Assembly (NCBI GenBank): GCA_027923505.1
Contig: BROI01000001.1
Coordinates: forward strand, 1,364,001-1,428,000
Length of the DNA: 64,000 nt
Origin: Mayamaea pseudoterrestris
Lineage: Eukaryota
Reading direction: 5' to 3'
Part shown: piece by piece, positions 1 to 12,322 of the stretch
Layout: each line of letters begins with the position of its first letter
Numbering within the stretch: position 1 is the stretch's first letter
Position numbers and translations under genes: made by a program
The notes under the pieces: generated by a model
What the model was told of the DNA's origin: nothing
Database searches by the model: none
Seen by the model: only the letters and a program-made list of their open reading frames with translations

Positions 1-263
1 TATTGCCATTCGTGTGAGGCCAACCAGCTACTTTAGGCTCATCTGCACGACCAGATTCTGATCGATAGGATACTACTGTATACATAGTTGTATGTTTGGT
101 GCCATTCACTAAGCAGCTACCGCAAAAGGCAGCATCAGTTAGCAAAGTTCATTTTTTAGATCTTTTTGAGAAACGGTGTGACGCAGTTGGCGAGGCTGCC
201 GATCCTCGTCCGCCATCAACTTGTTCTTCCGCAGACAAAAGCAGCATCAAATCCTCGAAAAAC

Positions 264-1575
264 ATGATGCTTGCCAGTCATTCCTTCACTCGTCACGCTC
301 GAAACCTCTTATTACATCGATCATATACAGCAACGAGTATATATCATGACCGCATTGTGGTTGCCGTCGGCGGCAATGCTTTGCAACGTCGCGGCGAGCG
401 TTTGACGATTGAAAACATGCTCAAGGCGGCGGCCGAAATGGCTCCCACCATTGCGTCACTCGCATCCGAGCATGAGGTTGTCTTGACGCATGGAAATGGA
501 CCGCAAGTGGGAGAGTTGGCGCTGGAGCGGTCGGCGGCATCGTACGTATGTGTCATGTCGTTGATTCGATGAGTGTATGTTCTGTGTAACGATATTATGT
601 CACTGCTATCGCACTCAACGATGTAACGGCATCTTATGTATATACTCTATAATATCAGATTCGACGTCCTCGGAGCCGAAAGCATGGGACAGATTGGCTA
701 CGTGCTTGCGCAGGCGCTGGCGAGCGTCGGTTGCCAAACCGTTCCAATCTTGACGCAGGTGGTCGTGGATCAATACTCGGACGCCTTTCGCAATCCAACG
801 AAATACGTTGGTCCCGTCTACGGCGCCAAGGAGGCAATGGCTTTATCCGAGTCACTGGGATGGACGGTTCGAGCCGATGGTGAGTACTGGAGACGAGTGG
901 TTCCTTCGCCTCCGCCGCTGGAAATCTTGCAGGTGCAGGCCGTCACGTGCCTACTGGAGCATGCGCCGAATTTGCTTCCCATTGCCTGCGGCGGAGGCGG
1001 TGTGCCGGTCATGCGAGTGCCGTCGCGACCGGAAACCTTGCTGGGAGTGGAAGCTGTCATTGATAAAGACATGTGTGGAAGCAAACTGGCGATTGAGATT
1101 GAAGCGGATGGCTACATTATTTTGACGGATGGAGGAGGTATATTCAAGGTAAGTGCTGTAACGTACAGGTTCCACTCGCTGTTGTCTACTATTTCGAAAA
1201 CCGGTTCTTAACGCTCTCTTTGTTCTCATCGTTGGTTTCTCATCGCAGAACTTTGGCAAACCAGACGCTGCTGAAATGAAGGAGGTGACTCCGGAATACT
1301 TGCTTGGTACCAAGGCTGGCAAGGGCTTTCCAGGAAGCATGGGGCCAAAGATTGAAGCGGCAATCATGTTTGTTGAGCAATCCAGGAATCCTGACAAGGT
1401 ATGGGCGGCCATTGGTGACTTGAAGGATGCCGCAAAGATTATCAAGCGCGAAGAAGGTACAGTCATCAAGCGAGACGTCAAGGACAATGTGATTTGGTGG
1501 GACAAACCACTGGCGTCGTCAACGTCACCTCCAATGCCTCCCAAGCTGTCCAAGGAGCCACCAAAGTATGGATAG
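264..1575 (+). CDS. arcC: Carbamate kinase, 3 exons (264-541, 659-1148, 1249-1575), probable mitochondrial presequence
   Basis: Motifs VVAVGGNAL, THGNGPQVG, FRNPTKYVGP, WRRVVPSPPP, GGGGVPV, GVEAVIDKD and GSMGPKIEAA. GT-AG introns 542-658 and 1149-1248 join three ORFs in frame. Arg-rich, acid-free N-terminus (MMLASHSFTRHARNLLLHRSY). Confidence 0.93.
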
Positions 1576-1707
1576 TTGCGACTGAACTCTTGGTCTGGGC
1601 TTGCTACAAGGGTTTTGGTTGCGGACACATGTCGCAAAATGCTGGCACATAATTTTGAGCTATTCAACAATGTAAAGTTAACAGCGCCTGCAGTTTTTAA
1701 TGTATCG

Positions 1708-3264
1708 CTAGTAGTCATACTCATCGTCGTCACCAAGATTGTTGCTGCCGTTACCAAACAAGCCAGCGACGCAGTCGCCATTGTCCTCTGCCAGCTCCGT
1801 TGTTTTGACGGCACACTCTCGATCACGTCGAGACACCACGATTACATTAGCGCTGTCAATTTCATCGTTGCTGCCAACTTCACTGATTGGCTTTTGATGT
1901 CGATAGTACCACGAAAGTTGTTCCGACTCGACAGTGTGCTGTTGCGCCACGTGTATCTTTTGCAGCGCCGCTAGCATTGCCCGCAGCTCCATTATATTCC
2001 TGGCCTTGCAAAGATTTTCTCGTACATGTGAATGCGACTGCAAGTCGTCATGCAGTATGCGATGCAAATGCATGCGAATGCACTTGAATCCACTGCCTTG
2101 GCCGCCAAGTTGTGGTGGATGTGTTTCGCACAAGTCGAGATACTCGCGCGCCAGTGACACGCGGGAGCGGCGAGGTGCTGCAACAGCATCCAAAGTGAGC
2201 GGCGCTTCAAAGAGCGCCGGATACTCCAAAATGGCTTCACTCGACATGACGGCGTCGCATTTCGTATATGCGAGACAATCAATGGCATCTTGCCGCGACG
2301 CAATGGATCCATTGGCAACAATTGGAACGTATTCACCCAACTCTTTTACGACGGTTTTGATTGCCTCCATGTCGCATGGTCCAACGTGGTGACCCTTGTG
2401 GTGCCGCGTCCGTCCGTGAATGGTAAGCATGTGGGCCTTTCCCTCATGGACCAAGCGTCGATAGAGCGCGAGGCTGGCAGGTAAATCACTCTGCGGTGCG
2501 TCGTCGTCTGTAATTGTAGCAGGATTGTCATTGACTGACTCGTCATCGTCGTCACTCTCTTCATGTGGCTCGTTGCTGACAGTCGTCGTTGCAATTACCT
2601 TTCGTTTTCTATGCCGCGGCAGCAACCGCACCTTGACTGAAACGGGAATCTGCAAACGATCCGTCAGCAGTTTGACTAGTTGCACCAAATCATCCGGCTG
2701 CTCGAGTAAAAATGCGCCATACTTTCCTCGCTTGGCAATGTTTTGCGGACACCCGCAGTTCAAGTCAATGCCGTGCACAAGTCCCGTGTCTTGCAGCATG
2801 AGGGCCGCCTGCAAGACAAACTGCGGCGCGTGACCTGATCCACACAGTTGCGCAATCAAGGGGCGATCGTAGCAGTCTGGTTGCTGTTGCTGATTTTTAC
2901 TATTGTCGCTACTTTCACTATCATTTCCTTGAATTACTGCTTCAAGTTGCTGTATTTTCCGTGGCAAGAATTTGCTTCGATAGTCGGCCGACTCGACGAG
3001 TAGCCTCGAGTGAATCATTGGCGTGACGGCAATCTGACAGCCGTACTTGCGACAAAGCAGTCGAAAGGGCAAATCGGACTGATCCACCATGGGGGCGAGC
3101 ATGAATATTGGTGGTAAAAGATTTGATTGTAGTAATGACGAAGAAGATGATGAAGAGGCTGTGCTACCGTTACATTCGTACTTTTGCACAAGTTTTCGAA
3201 GCCACTGCCGGTCAACCGGCAGAGGTTCATTACTAGTAGTAGATGTAGCCGTAATGCTGGTCAT
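1708..3264 (-). CDS. DUS1: tRNA-dihydrouridine synthase (Dus1-like)
   Basis: Motifs LAPMVDQSDLPFRLLCRKYG, DRPLIAQL, IDLNCGCPQ..A.RG.YGAFL, PVSVKVR, LTIHGRTR and VANG.I. Confidence 0.9.
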   Translation of the reverse strand: MTSITATSTTSNEPLPVDRQWLRKLVQKYECNGSTASSSSSSSLLQSNLLPPIFMLAPMVDQSDLPFRLLCRKYGCQIAVTPMIHSRLLVESADYRSKFLPRKIQQLEAVIQGNDSESSDNSKNQQQQPDCYDRPLIAQLCGSGHAPQFVLQAALMLQDTGLVHGIDLNCGCPQNIAKRGKYGAFLLEQPDDLVQLVKLLTDRLQIPVSVKVRLLPRHRKRKVIATTTVSNEPHEESDDDDESVNDNPATITDDDAPQSDLPASLALYRRLVHEGKAHMLTIHGRTRHHKGHHVGPCDMEAIKTVVKELGEYVPIVANGSIASRQDAIDCLAYTKCDAVMSSEAILEYPALFEAPLTLDAVAAPRRSRVSLAREYLDLCETHPPQLGGQGSGFKCIRMHLHRILHDDLQSHSHVRENLCKARNIMELRAMLAALQKIHVAQQHTVESEQLSWYYRHQKPISEVGSNDEIDSANVIVVSRRDRECAVKTTELAEDNGDCVAGLFGNGSNNLGDDDEYDY

Positions 3265-3601
3265 GCCGATTGTTTAACGTAGCCTCGTCGTCGAGTAATG
3301 TTGTTGTAGTGATGGAATTGATGAATGGCTGTCACGCTTCAAAGTGTCGCACCACCACATAATGTCACACCATCACTGAAAGAATCGTTACGGTCGGCCG
3401 GCGTGCGCGCTCGCCAATGCGAGGACGTGCCTCGACAATCGCGCATCGTCACCGTGGGTGGAGGCGACAAGCGTTATTGACCATGGTTATAGCTGCGAGC
3501 GACAAGAGTCTCGTCGAGTGAATCATACGTAGTGACGGAATATATAATTATAGACAGACTGCTGCTGCTTCTGCTGGTGCCGCTCATACTGCAATCTGCT
3601 C

Positions 3602-5103
3602 ATGTCGTCCTCCAATAGCAAGGGCCTCTCGCGAAGGTCCGCTGCATCATCGCAGGCTGCATCGGCCAGCAAAAGGTCGTCACTGAGCGACAGTCTCAGC
3701 TACAATAATAACAATCATCAAAATTCCAATACACTCTGCTGCTTGAACTGCTACAATTATCGATCCGAAGTCTTGGAGTACGACTACTCGCGAGTTACTG
3801 ACAATGCATCGTCGCAGCAACCCTTTCCGCGGATTCGCAGTCGAGGCGAGTACTACATTGACTCGTACAATGATCAGCCATGGAGCTGGACCTTTGGGAC
3901 TCATGAAAGTGTACGTTAAAATTTGACAGTGAATTGATGGAGCAAGAGTGTCGTTCTGGGTGAAGAGGCGAGGGGATTGCTGCGTTTGCAGGAGGTGCTG
4001 CCGCTGCTTCTGCATTGCGATCGCTACATTCAGCTCTTTTCGTCCATCTTTCCATATCTTTAAACTTACAAAATGATCCTCCTCTTCATCTTTTATCAGA
4101 ACGGGATCTGGTGCAACTCATCCGACCAAGCTGGCAGCATTATGAGCGCCATGGTTTGGTTGCTCATGATGTACTCGGCCATGACGGTCACCTCCCTGAC
4201 TGTCACGGAGGGCATTCCCGTTCCACTCGGCCTAATGTACAATTGTCTCGTGACCATGTCACTTGCTTGTCACGCCAAGACTTCCTTGACGGACCCCGGT
4301 TCCGTGCCGCACCAAGCCATTCCCAGTGAGCGGCAACGCATGGCAAGAGACTCGCACAGCATGTGCGGACAGTGCCAAACCTTCAAGCCACCAGGCTCGC
4401 ATCACTGCAGAATCTGCAATCGATGTATTGGACGCATGGATCATCATTGTCCGTGGATGAATAACTGCGTTGGTGTCGCCAACTTGAAACACTTTTTACT
4501 ATTCTTGAGCTACACGTGGACGTGCGCCACCTACTCGCTGGTGCTGTTTGGATGGAACTACTTTTTCTGCGCCGACGAGGACTGCACCTTTCACCCGTTG
4601 GTGGTGCACTTGGTGCGCATCATGACGCTGCTGGCGCTCGGGGCATTCTTGTTCACGAGCAGCATGCTGATGAATGTATTATATGGCGTACTGACTGGCA
4701 TTGGAACGATTGATCGGCTCAAGAAAAAGGCGACGAATACAATGAGTCAGAGTGAGGAGGAGCCGATTCAGTTGATTGATGTGAGTGTACTGTTGTAGTT
4801 GAAATGAATGATTCTATCAACCTGTTTGCGTCGTTTCACCTTGCTGACTCACCTTATTTCTCGCTTCGCACATGCCTCTTGTTAATGACGCAGATTTTTG
4901 GAATCGCACCAATATATACATGGTTTCTCCCAATTGATCCAATATTCGAAGACTTTGATCGAGTCATGGGTTACACCATGCCGCAACGATTGGATCGGGA
5001 GCGGCAGTTTTGCGAGGGACAACGGTCCATGCCGCCGGATCTTGACCACTCGCCGTCGCTGGATCACATGCCAAAGTGCGTCAATGACTTACTGCCAGTG
5101 TAG
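3602..5103 (+). CDS. DHHC palmitoyltransferase, 3 exons (3602-3910, 4100-4780, 4894-5103)
   Basis: Cys-rich domain CGQCQTFKPPGSHHCRICNRCIGRMDHHCPWMNNCVG, TDPG motif and four hydrophobic segments. In-frame GT-AG introns 3911-4099 and 4781-4893. Confidence 0.92.
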
Positions 5104-6508
5104 CGAGCTCGCTCTGGAAGCAATGTGGCAGCCGACGTAATTATAGGCTACAAGGCGACTTGCCGCGTCGATGCAAGTAGCAGGGTTTGCACGGATCGTA
5201 GGCCCTTGCGATATTGATTTATAGTAATACGTACTAGACATGACAAGTTATCGTCGACGTTACTACACAATTTACTGCTACCACTAGCCTTTGTACGTTG
5301 GCTACTTATCATTACTGGTGCAAGTGATGTACGTCGACAGTAGACTCGTTTTATACTCCTCGTAGGCTATTTCCACATGCATTGTACCTTGCTAAAGCAG
5401 TTGCGAGCACCTCATTACCCAGTCAGACGATTTATCGATGCATCTGATAGAGGCATACATTTCTCTGCTTGCTTGTAGTCTTTTTGCAGCAAAACATAAC
5501 TCCTCTCTGTTGCTTCTCAATCGGAGTGTAGATTTACGCTCATCAACAACCCACTGGTCGCTCTCACACGTTGTGTTATCTCGCGCGAGCCAAATGTATC
5601 AACAAGTAGGCCGTATGTCTTTGAAGCAACGGTTGACTTTAACAAATGAGCGCAAGTAGGTCCAACGATGGCAAATTTCTCGTGCAACTCGATTACCGAG
5701 CTTATAGCATATTCGAGTGCCAGAGTTTCTGCGATGCGCTCAACAGGCCACGTCAGTCGGTTGACTGCGAGTTGTGAATGAAATCATTGTGAGCGCAGTC
5801 TGTGCTTTGTTTCGTCTATGGTTTGATTGTTCGACAAGGGGATCCAACGACCGACGCGACGACGAGAGTCCGAGAGTGAGTTGAGAGTGAGCAACTCAAA
5901 AAACAAGCGCTGTCAATCTTCAAGCGGCTCTAGAGCCTAGCCGATACTAGCAGAGCCATGGCGGCATGTCAAACTGACATGTAAGACGACTTGCCAACCT
6001 CAAAGATTCAAAAGTTTATCGACGAATGTAACTATAGGATAGGAGATGGGAGATAGGAGGAGATGGGAGTAATGGCTATCCGGAAAACAGCTCTTGCATT
6101 TGCAATTTGCTTTGAGCAGCCGAAAAAACTCAAATCTTGCAAATAAAGGAAGCAATGCCATGCGTATCAAACAGTTTTTAAGTCTTCACCCTTCACCGAG
6201 TGTCTGAATGTTAAAGTCGATTGGTTGTCATGGTCGATTGTCGAACGTCGAAATTCGAAATTCGAAATTGCGACCGCTGCGATATCAAAGAGTCATAAAT
6301 AGGCCCAAACTTACGATTATGACTCATCAAGACCTTTTCACTTCGCAAGGAATTATTGCCCTATGTCAGTTTGCGTTCGCAAGAAAAGCCCTTCAATGTT
6401 TCAAAGTGACTGGCCTCGTTCCATGCGCGATTCCACGATTAGCCCCTTGACGACAGCTTCGCTTACTATTCCCATCCAACCAGATCCTGCGCTGCTCAAC
6501 AACTCACC

Positions 6509-6862
6509 ATGCGCGTCCTCACCAACTCTCTTCTACTGTTACTTGCAACCACCGCATCCGCGCAATATGTTTGCAAAAAGATTGTCGAGCCAGTCGTCTT
6601 GAGCAAGGTGCAACTCACTGCTTCCTACGTGGCCAAGCCACTCGATCCACCCAACTTTGTCTGTCAAACCTCCAAGGGAGTCTGCATGAAGGACAAGGTT
6701 GTACTATGCCACATGCAGGGTGAACCGGTCACTCTATGCATTCCGGAAACGGCAGTGGAGGCTCACATGAAGCAGCACAAGGATGACTTTTGCGGATGCT
6801 GCGGACCGACGGAAAAGACCATTCCGTCGTATTGCAAGGGCAAGGCCAAGTCGGCCTTTTAA
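6509..6862 (+). CDS. Small secreted Cys/His-rich protein (117 aa)
   Basis: Clear signal peptide (MRVLTNSLLLLLATTASA), 9 Cys, and motif KVVLCH..x..TLCIPETAVEAH..H.DDFCGCC. Confidence 0.75.
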   Translation: MRVLTNSLLLLLATTASAQYVCKKIVEPVVLSKVQLTASYVAKPLDPPNFVCQTSKGVCMKDKVVLCHMQGEPVTLCIPETAVEAHMKQHKDDFCGCCGPTEKTIPSYCKGKAKSAF

Positions 6863-7317
6863 TAGCATTGGCAACGACTATTATTTACATGTAACAAGGA
6901 ACTTTACTTAAGGAAAAAATGATTATATATGATACTTGAGGTATACTTTCGTCAGTAGCTTTTAGTTCGTAAAAGATATTTACAAGTATGCAAGTGAATG
7001 GCACTTGAACAAGAACCTGCATTGTCATCAACTATAGTAGCATCCTTGAAAGAAAACGTTACAAGAACCTTTGGAGGTTGCTGCTGCTGCTGCAAGTCGG
7101 CGAAACGTTGTCGCTGGGCTACGATTGACTCGTCCGCCTGTAGCCGCCCTTGCAATCGAAGACGATCAAGAGCATTTATAACGTATGCAAATTACAGTAT
7201 TTACAAAAACGACATGATACGAACGATAACTTTACCACCCGAGTAGTTTGCGCGTCGGTAACAGGACGAGCGCTTGCTTGACGTGCTTGAGCGGCATGTT
7301 GATATTCGTTCACACTC

Positions 7318-8259
7318 TCATCCTTCATCCTGTCCGTCGCGAGACGACAGTATTTCACAGTCGGATTGGAGCGAATCCGGCAAGTCTGCCACGTTTGCTT
7401 CTGCTTGCTGCAATGGACGCGACAGTGATTGTTGCTGTAGCAGTTGCTGATGCTGCTGCAAGCTTTGTTGCTGCAGCTGAGCCTGTTGCTGCAATTGCGC
7501 TTGCACAAGGGCGAGCGCATTGACGTCGAAATGAAAATTCTGCGGCATGAATTGACCAAAGTTGCCGGTATTGTAGGCAGCAGCGGCAAAGAGTTGCTGC
7601 TGCGGAAGGCTGCTACTCAACACATGATGCTGCTGTCCGTTAAAGTGCGACTCCATGTTCAGTGGACTATGCTGCAGCAGTAGCTGCTGCTGCTGAAGTA
7701 GTTGCTGCTGCTGCTGCTGCTCCAATTGCGCATGAGACTGGCGCGCGGAATGAGTTGCAAGCGAATTGCGCTCGTCTGATTGCTGCTGCTGCTCCGGTTG
7801 ACTCCCATTCATATCCGGCTGCACTGACTGCTGCTGTTGCGGTGAAGCCGGGCCATGACTCGAAGACGTTTCATACTGTTGTTGCTGCTGCTGCTGCAAC
7901 AATAGCCGATTCTGCTGCGTCAATACATCTACTTGCGCACGCAAAACGGCAACCTGTCGTTCCAATTCCGCCTTGTCTTGCACAAGCGCTGCATTCTGCG
8001 TCTGCAAGTCTTTCAGCAGCGCCTTGCCTCGCTGTCGCGACTTTAACGCGTGCATGCGATTGGCCTCGCGGCGGGCGGCGACGCGATCCTCCACGGATGA
8101 AAGGTCCGCGTCGGAGGAGGAACGCTTGCGATCGTTGGTGGCAATGGAGCTGGTTGTTGTGCTTTCGTCGGGCGGCTTGGGGAGAATGTCAGCGTTGATT
8201 AGTAACTCATCCTTTGCTGCGTCAGCTTTTTCGCTGGTACTACCAAGAGCTAATGACAT
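7318..8259 (-). CDS. bZIP transcription factor with Gln-rich C-terminal region
   Basis: Basic region RREANRMHALKSRQRGK followed by a leucine heptad (L..LQTQNAALVQDKAELERQVAVLRAQVDVL) and polyQ tracts. First ATG at 8259. Confidence 0.88.
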   Translation of the reverse strand: MSLALGSTSEKADAAKDELLINADILPKPPDESTTTSSIATNDRKRSSSDADLSSVEDRVAARREANRMHALKSRQRGKALLKDLQTQNAALVQDKAELERQVAVLRAQVDVLTQQNRLLLQQQQQQQYETSSSHGPASPQQQQSVQPDMNGSQPEQQQQSDERNSLATHSARQSHAQLEQQQQQQLLQQQQLLLQHSPLNMESHFNGQQHHVLSSSLPQQQLFAAAAYNTGNFGQFMPQNFHFDVNALALVQAQLQQQAQLQQQSLQQHQQLLQQQSLSRPLQQAEANVADLPDSLQSDCEILSSRDGQDEG

Positions 8260-8611
8260 GCTCAATTCTTATATAAATTAGAGAGCGACTGAGTGTGTAA
8301 GAGGACGCTTGACAAGAGGGAAACTAAAAGAGTCAAAAAAGTCCATTCACGCCAAGGCAAGCAACATTCGTACTTTGACTTCTTCAGTGCAAATTGCTTT
8401 GAGCGCAGCAATAAAATTTGGTTTCTTTTAATGCTGCACTGCTCGTCGGCCTTTCTGTCGACTCGAAAGATTCGTTTCTCGCAGCGGCCAAGGTGCGAGA
8501 GCATCAGCGGTCGTGTTTCCTCATGGTGGGTTCGCAGCAACGTTGCGCAACACGCCGATGATATCAGGCTCGTCGTAGCGGTTATCATGTCGCAGTCAGT
8601 CACAGTAGCAG

Positions 8612-9988
8612 AACAGAACTTAAAGTCTAAATGGCCTAGTGAAGAATTGTATTGCACGTTCTATATCTTGAATCAGACCCTAACGTAACTACTAGCTATC
8701 AATTGATACCTATTTGAAGTGGGTTTATGGCAGCCAGCTACTGCAGACAAGCATGGGGCCACAAAATTTTGACAGTCCCTGTTACAGAACTTGAGGACCA
8801 GATGGCCTAGTGAGGAATGCATTGCACTTTCTACATCATGAAACAATGCCCATCAACTGCCAGCAAACAATTGATTCATCTCTAGCTGCTAAAGCGGGTT
8901 ATGGCAGCCAGCTACTATGGACAAACCTGGGGCCAGAAAATTCTGGCAGTCCCTATCACTGAACTTGGAGACTAAAGGGCCTATTGAGGAATGCATTGCA
9001 CTTACTACATCATGAAACAGTGCCTGTCAACTGCCAGCTATCAATTGATACCTCTCTGGCTGCTGGAGTGGGTAATGGCAACAAGCTACTGTGGACAAGC
9101 CTGGGGCCACAAAATTCTGGCAGTCCCTGTCGCAGAACTTGGAGACAAGATGGCCTAGTGAGAAATGCATTGCACTTTCTACATCATGAAACAATGCCTG
9201 TCAACTGCCAGCTATCATTTGTTACCTCTCTAGCTAGTGAAGTGGATTATGGCAGCCAGCTACTGTGGACAAGCCTGGGGCCTTGGAATTCTGGTGGTCC
9301 CTGTCGCAGAACTTGGAGACTAGATGGCCTAGTGAAAAATGCATTGCAGTTTCTGCATCATGAAACAATGCCTATCAACTGCCAGCTATCAATTTTTTAC
9401 CTCTCTAGCTGCTAAAGTGGGTTATGGCAGCCAGCTACTGTGGACAAGCCTGGGGCCACGAAATTCTGGCAGTCCCTGTCACAGAACTTGGAGACTAATA
9501 GACCTGATGATGAATGCATTGCACATTCTACATTATGAAACAATGCATGTCAACTGCCAGCTATCAGATGATACCTCTCTGGCCCCTGGAGTGGCTTATG
9601 GCAGCCAGCTACTGTAAACAAGCCTTGGGCCACGAAATTCTGGCAGTCCCTGTCATAGAACTTGGAGACTAGATAGCCTAGTGAGGAATGCATTGCACTG
9701 TCTACAACATGTTACAATGCCCATCAACTGCCAGCTATCAATTGATACCTCTCTGCCTGCTGGAGTGGGTTATGGCAGCCAGCTACTGTGGACAAGCCTG
9801 GGGACACAAAATTCTGGCAGTCCCTGTTGCAGAACTTGGAGACTAGATGGCCTAGTAATGACTGCATTGCACGTTTGACATCATGAAACAATGCCTGTCA
9901 ACTGCCAGCTGTCTATTGATACCTCTGTAGCTAGTGGAGTGGGTTATGGCAGCCAGCTACTGTGGCCAAGCCTGGGGCCATCAAATTC
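8612..9988. repeat. 174-bp tandem satellite, about 8 diverged copies, strongly CpG-depleted
   Basis: The ATGGCA(G/A)C anchor recurs at 8727, 8901, 9075, 9249, 9424, 9598, 9772 and 9946 (spacing 174, once 175). A degenerate partial unit starts at about 8612. Confidence 0.97.
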
Positions 9989-10253
9989 AGTCAGCTGTCA
10001 GAGAGAGGCGCAACTGGCGATGGTTGTTCCAACGGACTCGTAACTACCTCGGACATGGCACATGTTAAAATTAGAAAAAGCTCAATCTCATCCAAAGCTG
10101 CGATACATTCACTATTATAAAGTTGTGCTTTTGTAACATCCATTCTTTTAGCTATTGACAGATTGAGAGATAGATCATTTTTTCAAAACATGTATATCTA
10201 TAATAACGTTGTGCGACTACTAGCCACCGTCTCGCACATTAGGTTGAAAGTGG

Positions 10254-11673
10254 CTAATAAAACTGCCACCAGTTTGTCGTCCATTGTTGCGACAATGAGC
10301 ATTTCCATACATACATCATTTCTCCGTACTTCGGATTATGCTGGACTCCGGCACATCCGTCTTGTATTGTCACGGGATGCAGCTCAAAGCGGTCGTTCCA
10401 AGATGGACTGCCATTCTCCGCGGAATATTGCTGGCGATGATTGCTAGAGTCACAAAGGTCAACATACAGTGGTTCCTCCAAAATGTTTTCCGGAATGGTC
10501 AAGCAAAGATTCGAGTTGGTGTCTTTCACTTGAAAGACACTGTCCGACATGTAGTTGAATTTCCACTGCGTCACCATGCCATCAACGGCACAATTGGTCA
10601 TGTAGACGCGGTGACCAGCTGTGCAAGCCACACCACTCGAGTCGCAACGCATGCACCTGTTTGTAAAACGTGAAAGTGATAAGCGCTGGTCAGTGCCACC
10701 CGGGGAAACCCCAACAACTCCTATTCAAACAACATCACTCCGCTTACCATTGGCGTTCAATTTCTTCACCCTGCCACTTGTATCCATCCTCCCAAAAGAT
10801 TTTCAAGCCAAACTCATCGCCTCCACTTCTTCCATCCTGATCATTGTTGTTTTCGGGGGGAATGCTTCTCAACATGTACGGATCAATGCAGTAGTCAGTG
10901 TCCGCCGCAGTGTCGATGCCGTCGCAACCAGGCACCGACTCGCCGGCGTTGCGAAAGTAGCAGGCCAATCCGGATTCGCAGTCGCCACTATCATCGCAGT
11001 CCCCTTGGCAGATACCAAGCGGAAAGGCGGAACTTGGATTGTTGTTATTGCCAATGTACTCAATGTCAGGAGCAGAAATTGGAATGCAGTAGTCACTCTC
11101 GGTAAGTTCGTCTCCTCCACTGCAGCCAGGAACAGCCTCGCCCACATTCCGCTGGTAGCAGAACAACCCAGAGGCACAGTCGGAATCATCATCACAGTCA
11201 CCTTGGCAATTTCCAAGGGGAAAGACGTCGGCAGGACTTCCATTGTCCCCCATGATTTGCAGCCGAGGCATGGTTGTCCTCGTGCCCGAGGTAGATGATG
11301 ATGATACATCTGCAGCTGCGGCATACGCTCCCGACGATGAGTCATCGTGGCAAGTATCAGGATTGCATGCTCCACAAGCATCCGGATAAGCGTTGGCTAC
11401 CTCGCGACAAGCATTTTTGTTGGACATTGTCTGCGCCAGTGTATTTCGGTGCTTTCCACAAGTGGAGCTGCCGGCTTGTGCGTTCCATACGTCAGTGTCG
11501 CAGCTGGGGCAAGTGCAGTAGGATCGTGACTGTAAATGTCGCTGTCTGGATGCAATGTTACTCTGCGCTTGGTCGGCTGTCTTCGAATTCGACGACGAAA
11601 GAAATGCCATGGTGCAAAGGACTGCCGAGGCGATTAATAGGACGGCAACAGCAAGAGAAGTAGGCTTCTTCAT
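10254..11673 (-). CDS. Frustulin-family cell-wall protein (extra Cys domain, 2 ACR repeats, Trp-rich C-terminal domain), 2 exons (11673-10748, 10656-10254)
   Basis: Two acidic Cys-rich repeats with CQGDCD..DC..GL.C..R....VPGC, and a hydrophobic N-terminus followed by RHL. GT-AG intron 10747-10657 splits the Trp codon of RQW|CMRC and restores colinearity with the neighbouring paralog. Confidence 0.88.
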
Positions 11674-12322
11674 CGTGGCAAATTAGTGTGCGAGTAGAAG
11701 AGTCTTGCTTGTCCTTGCCCGACCGAATGGAAGACTTGCAACAAATGAAGGGATGAGTTTGTGACAAATGAGCAAGGTGCAGCGGAAGCGACGAAAGAAA
11801 ATGTGCGACTAATTCGTGAGTGTTGTACCTCGACGCCGAAAAGCCGGGCGAGGCAAAATGTGGCCGAGCCGAGCTCTTTTATTAAGTATTCTTGTTGCCG
11901 GACCTTCCGTTGCATCGGCCGGCTCGACATGTTTTCTATCAAACCGACTTTGAACGGGTATCGCACACAAGTCGGCCAAAGATTCGAAATCTTGCCTGGC
12001 GCAACGTGAGTCGGCAGTCCAACTTGTTTATCTTCAAGTAGTTGAACACAACCTTTTTACTTAAGAAGCTCGCCGAAGCTGCGTAGACCCATTAGCGCGG
12101 CGAGAAGGTGACAGATGTAATGGCTTTCTCCGCGAGAGATAGCTCAACGGATGCACAGGCACTCGCTGTGGCCTGGCCGCAGCCACAGTGGCCATGATTT
12201 GACCGGCAAGAGACATCGATAAAACGTTGCTAAGATCATTTTATAATGCTAGGTTGGTAGTACAGCAGTAACATTACTAAAGATTATTTAGAAAGGCATA
12301 CGACATACCGACACGCGTAACA

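Noticed and set aside
6248..6270. TCGAAAT x3 as a heat-shock element
   Set aside because: Spacing does not fit alternating nGAAn units; it is treated as a short microrepeat.
8678..8684. CCCTAA as a telomeric seed at the satellite edge
   Set aside because: A single hexamer is expected by chance.
8612..9988. 174-bp array as a CRISPR array or as a 58-aa repeat protein (one frame is largely open)
   Set aside because: There are no unique spacers. Several units carry stops and one carries a frameshift, and substitutions follow CpG decay rather than codon position.
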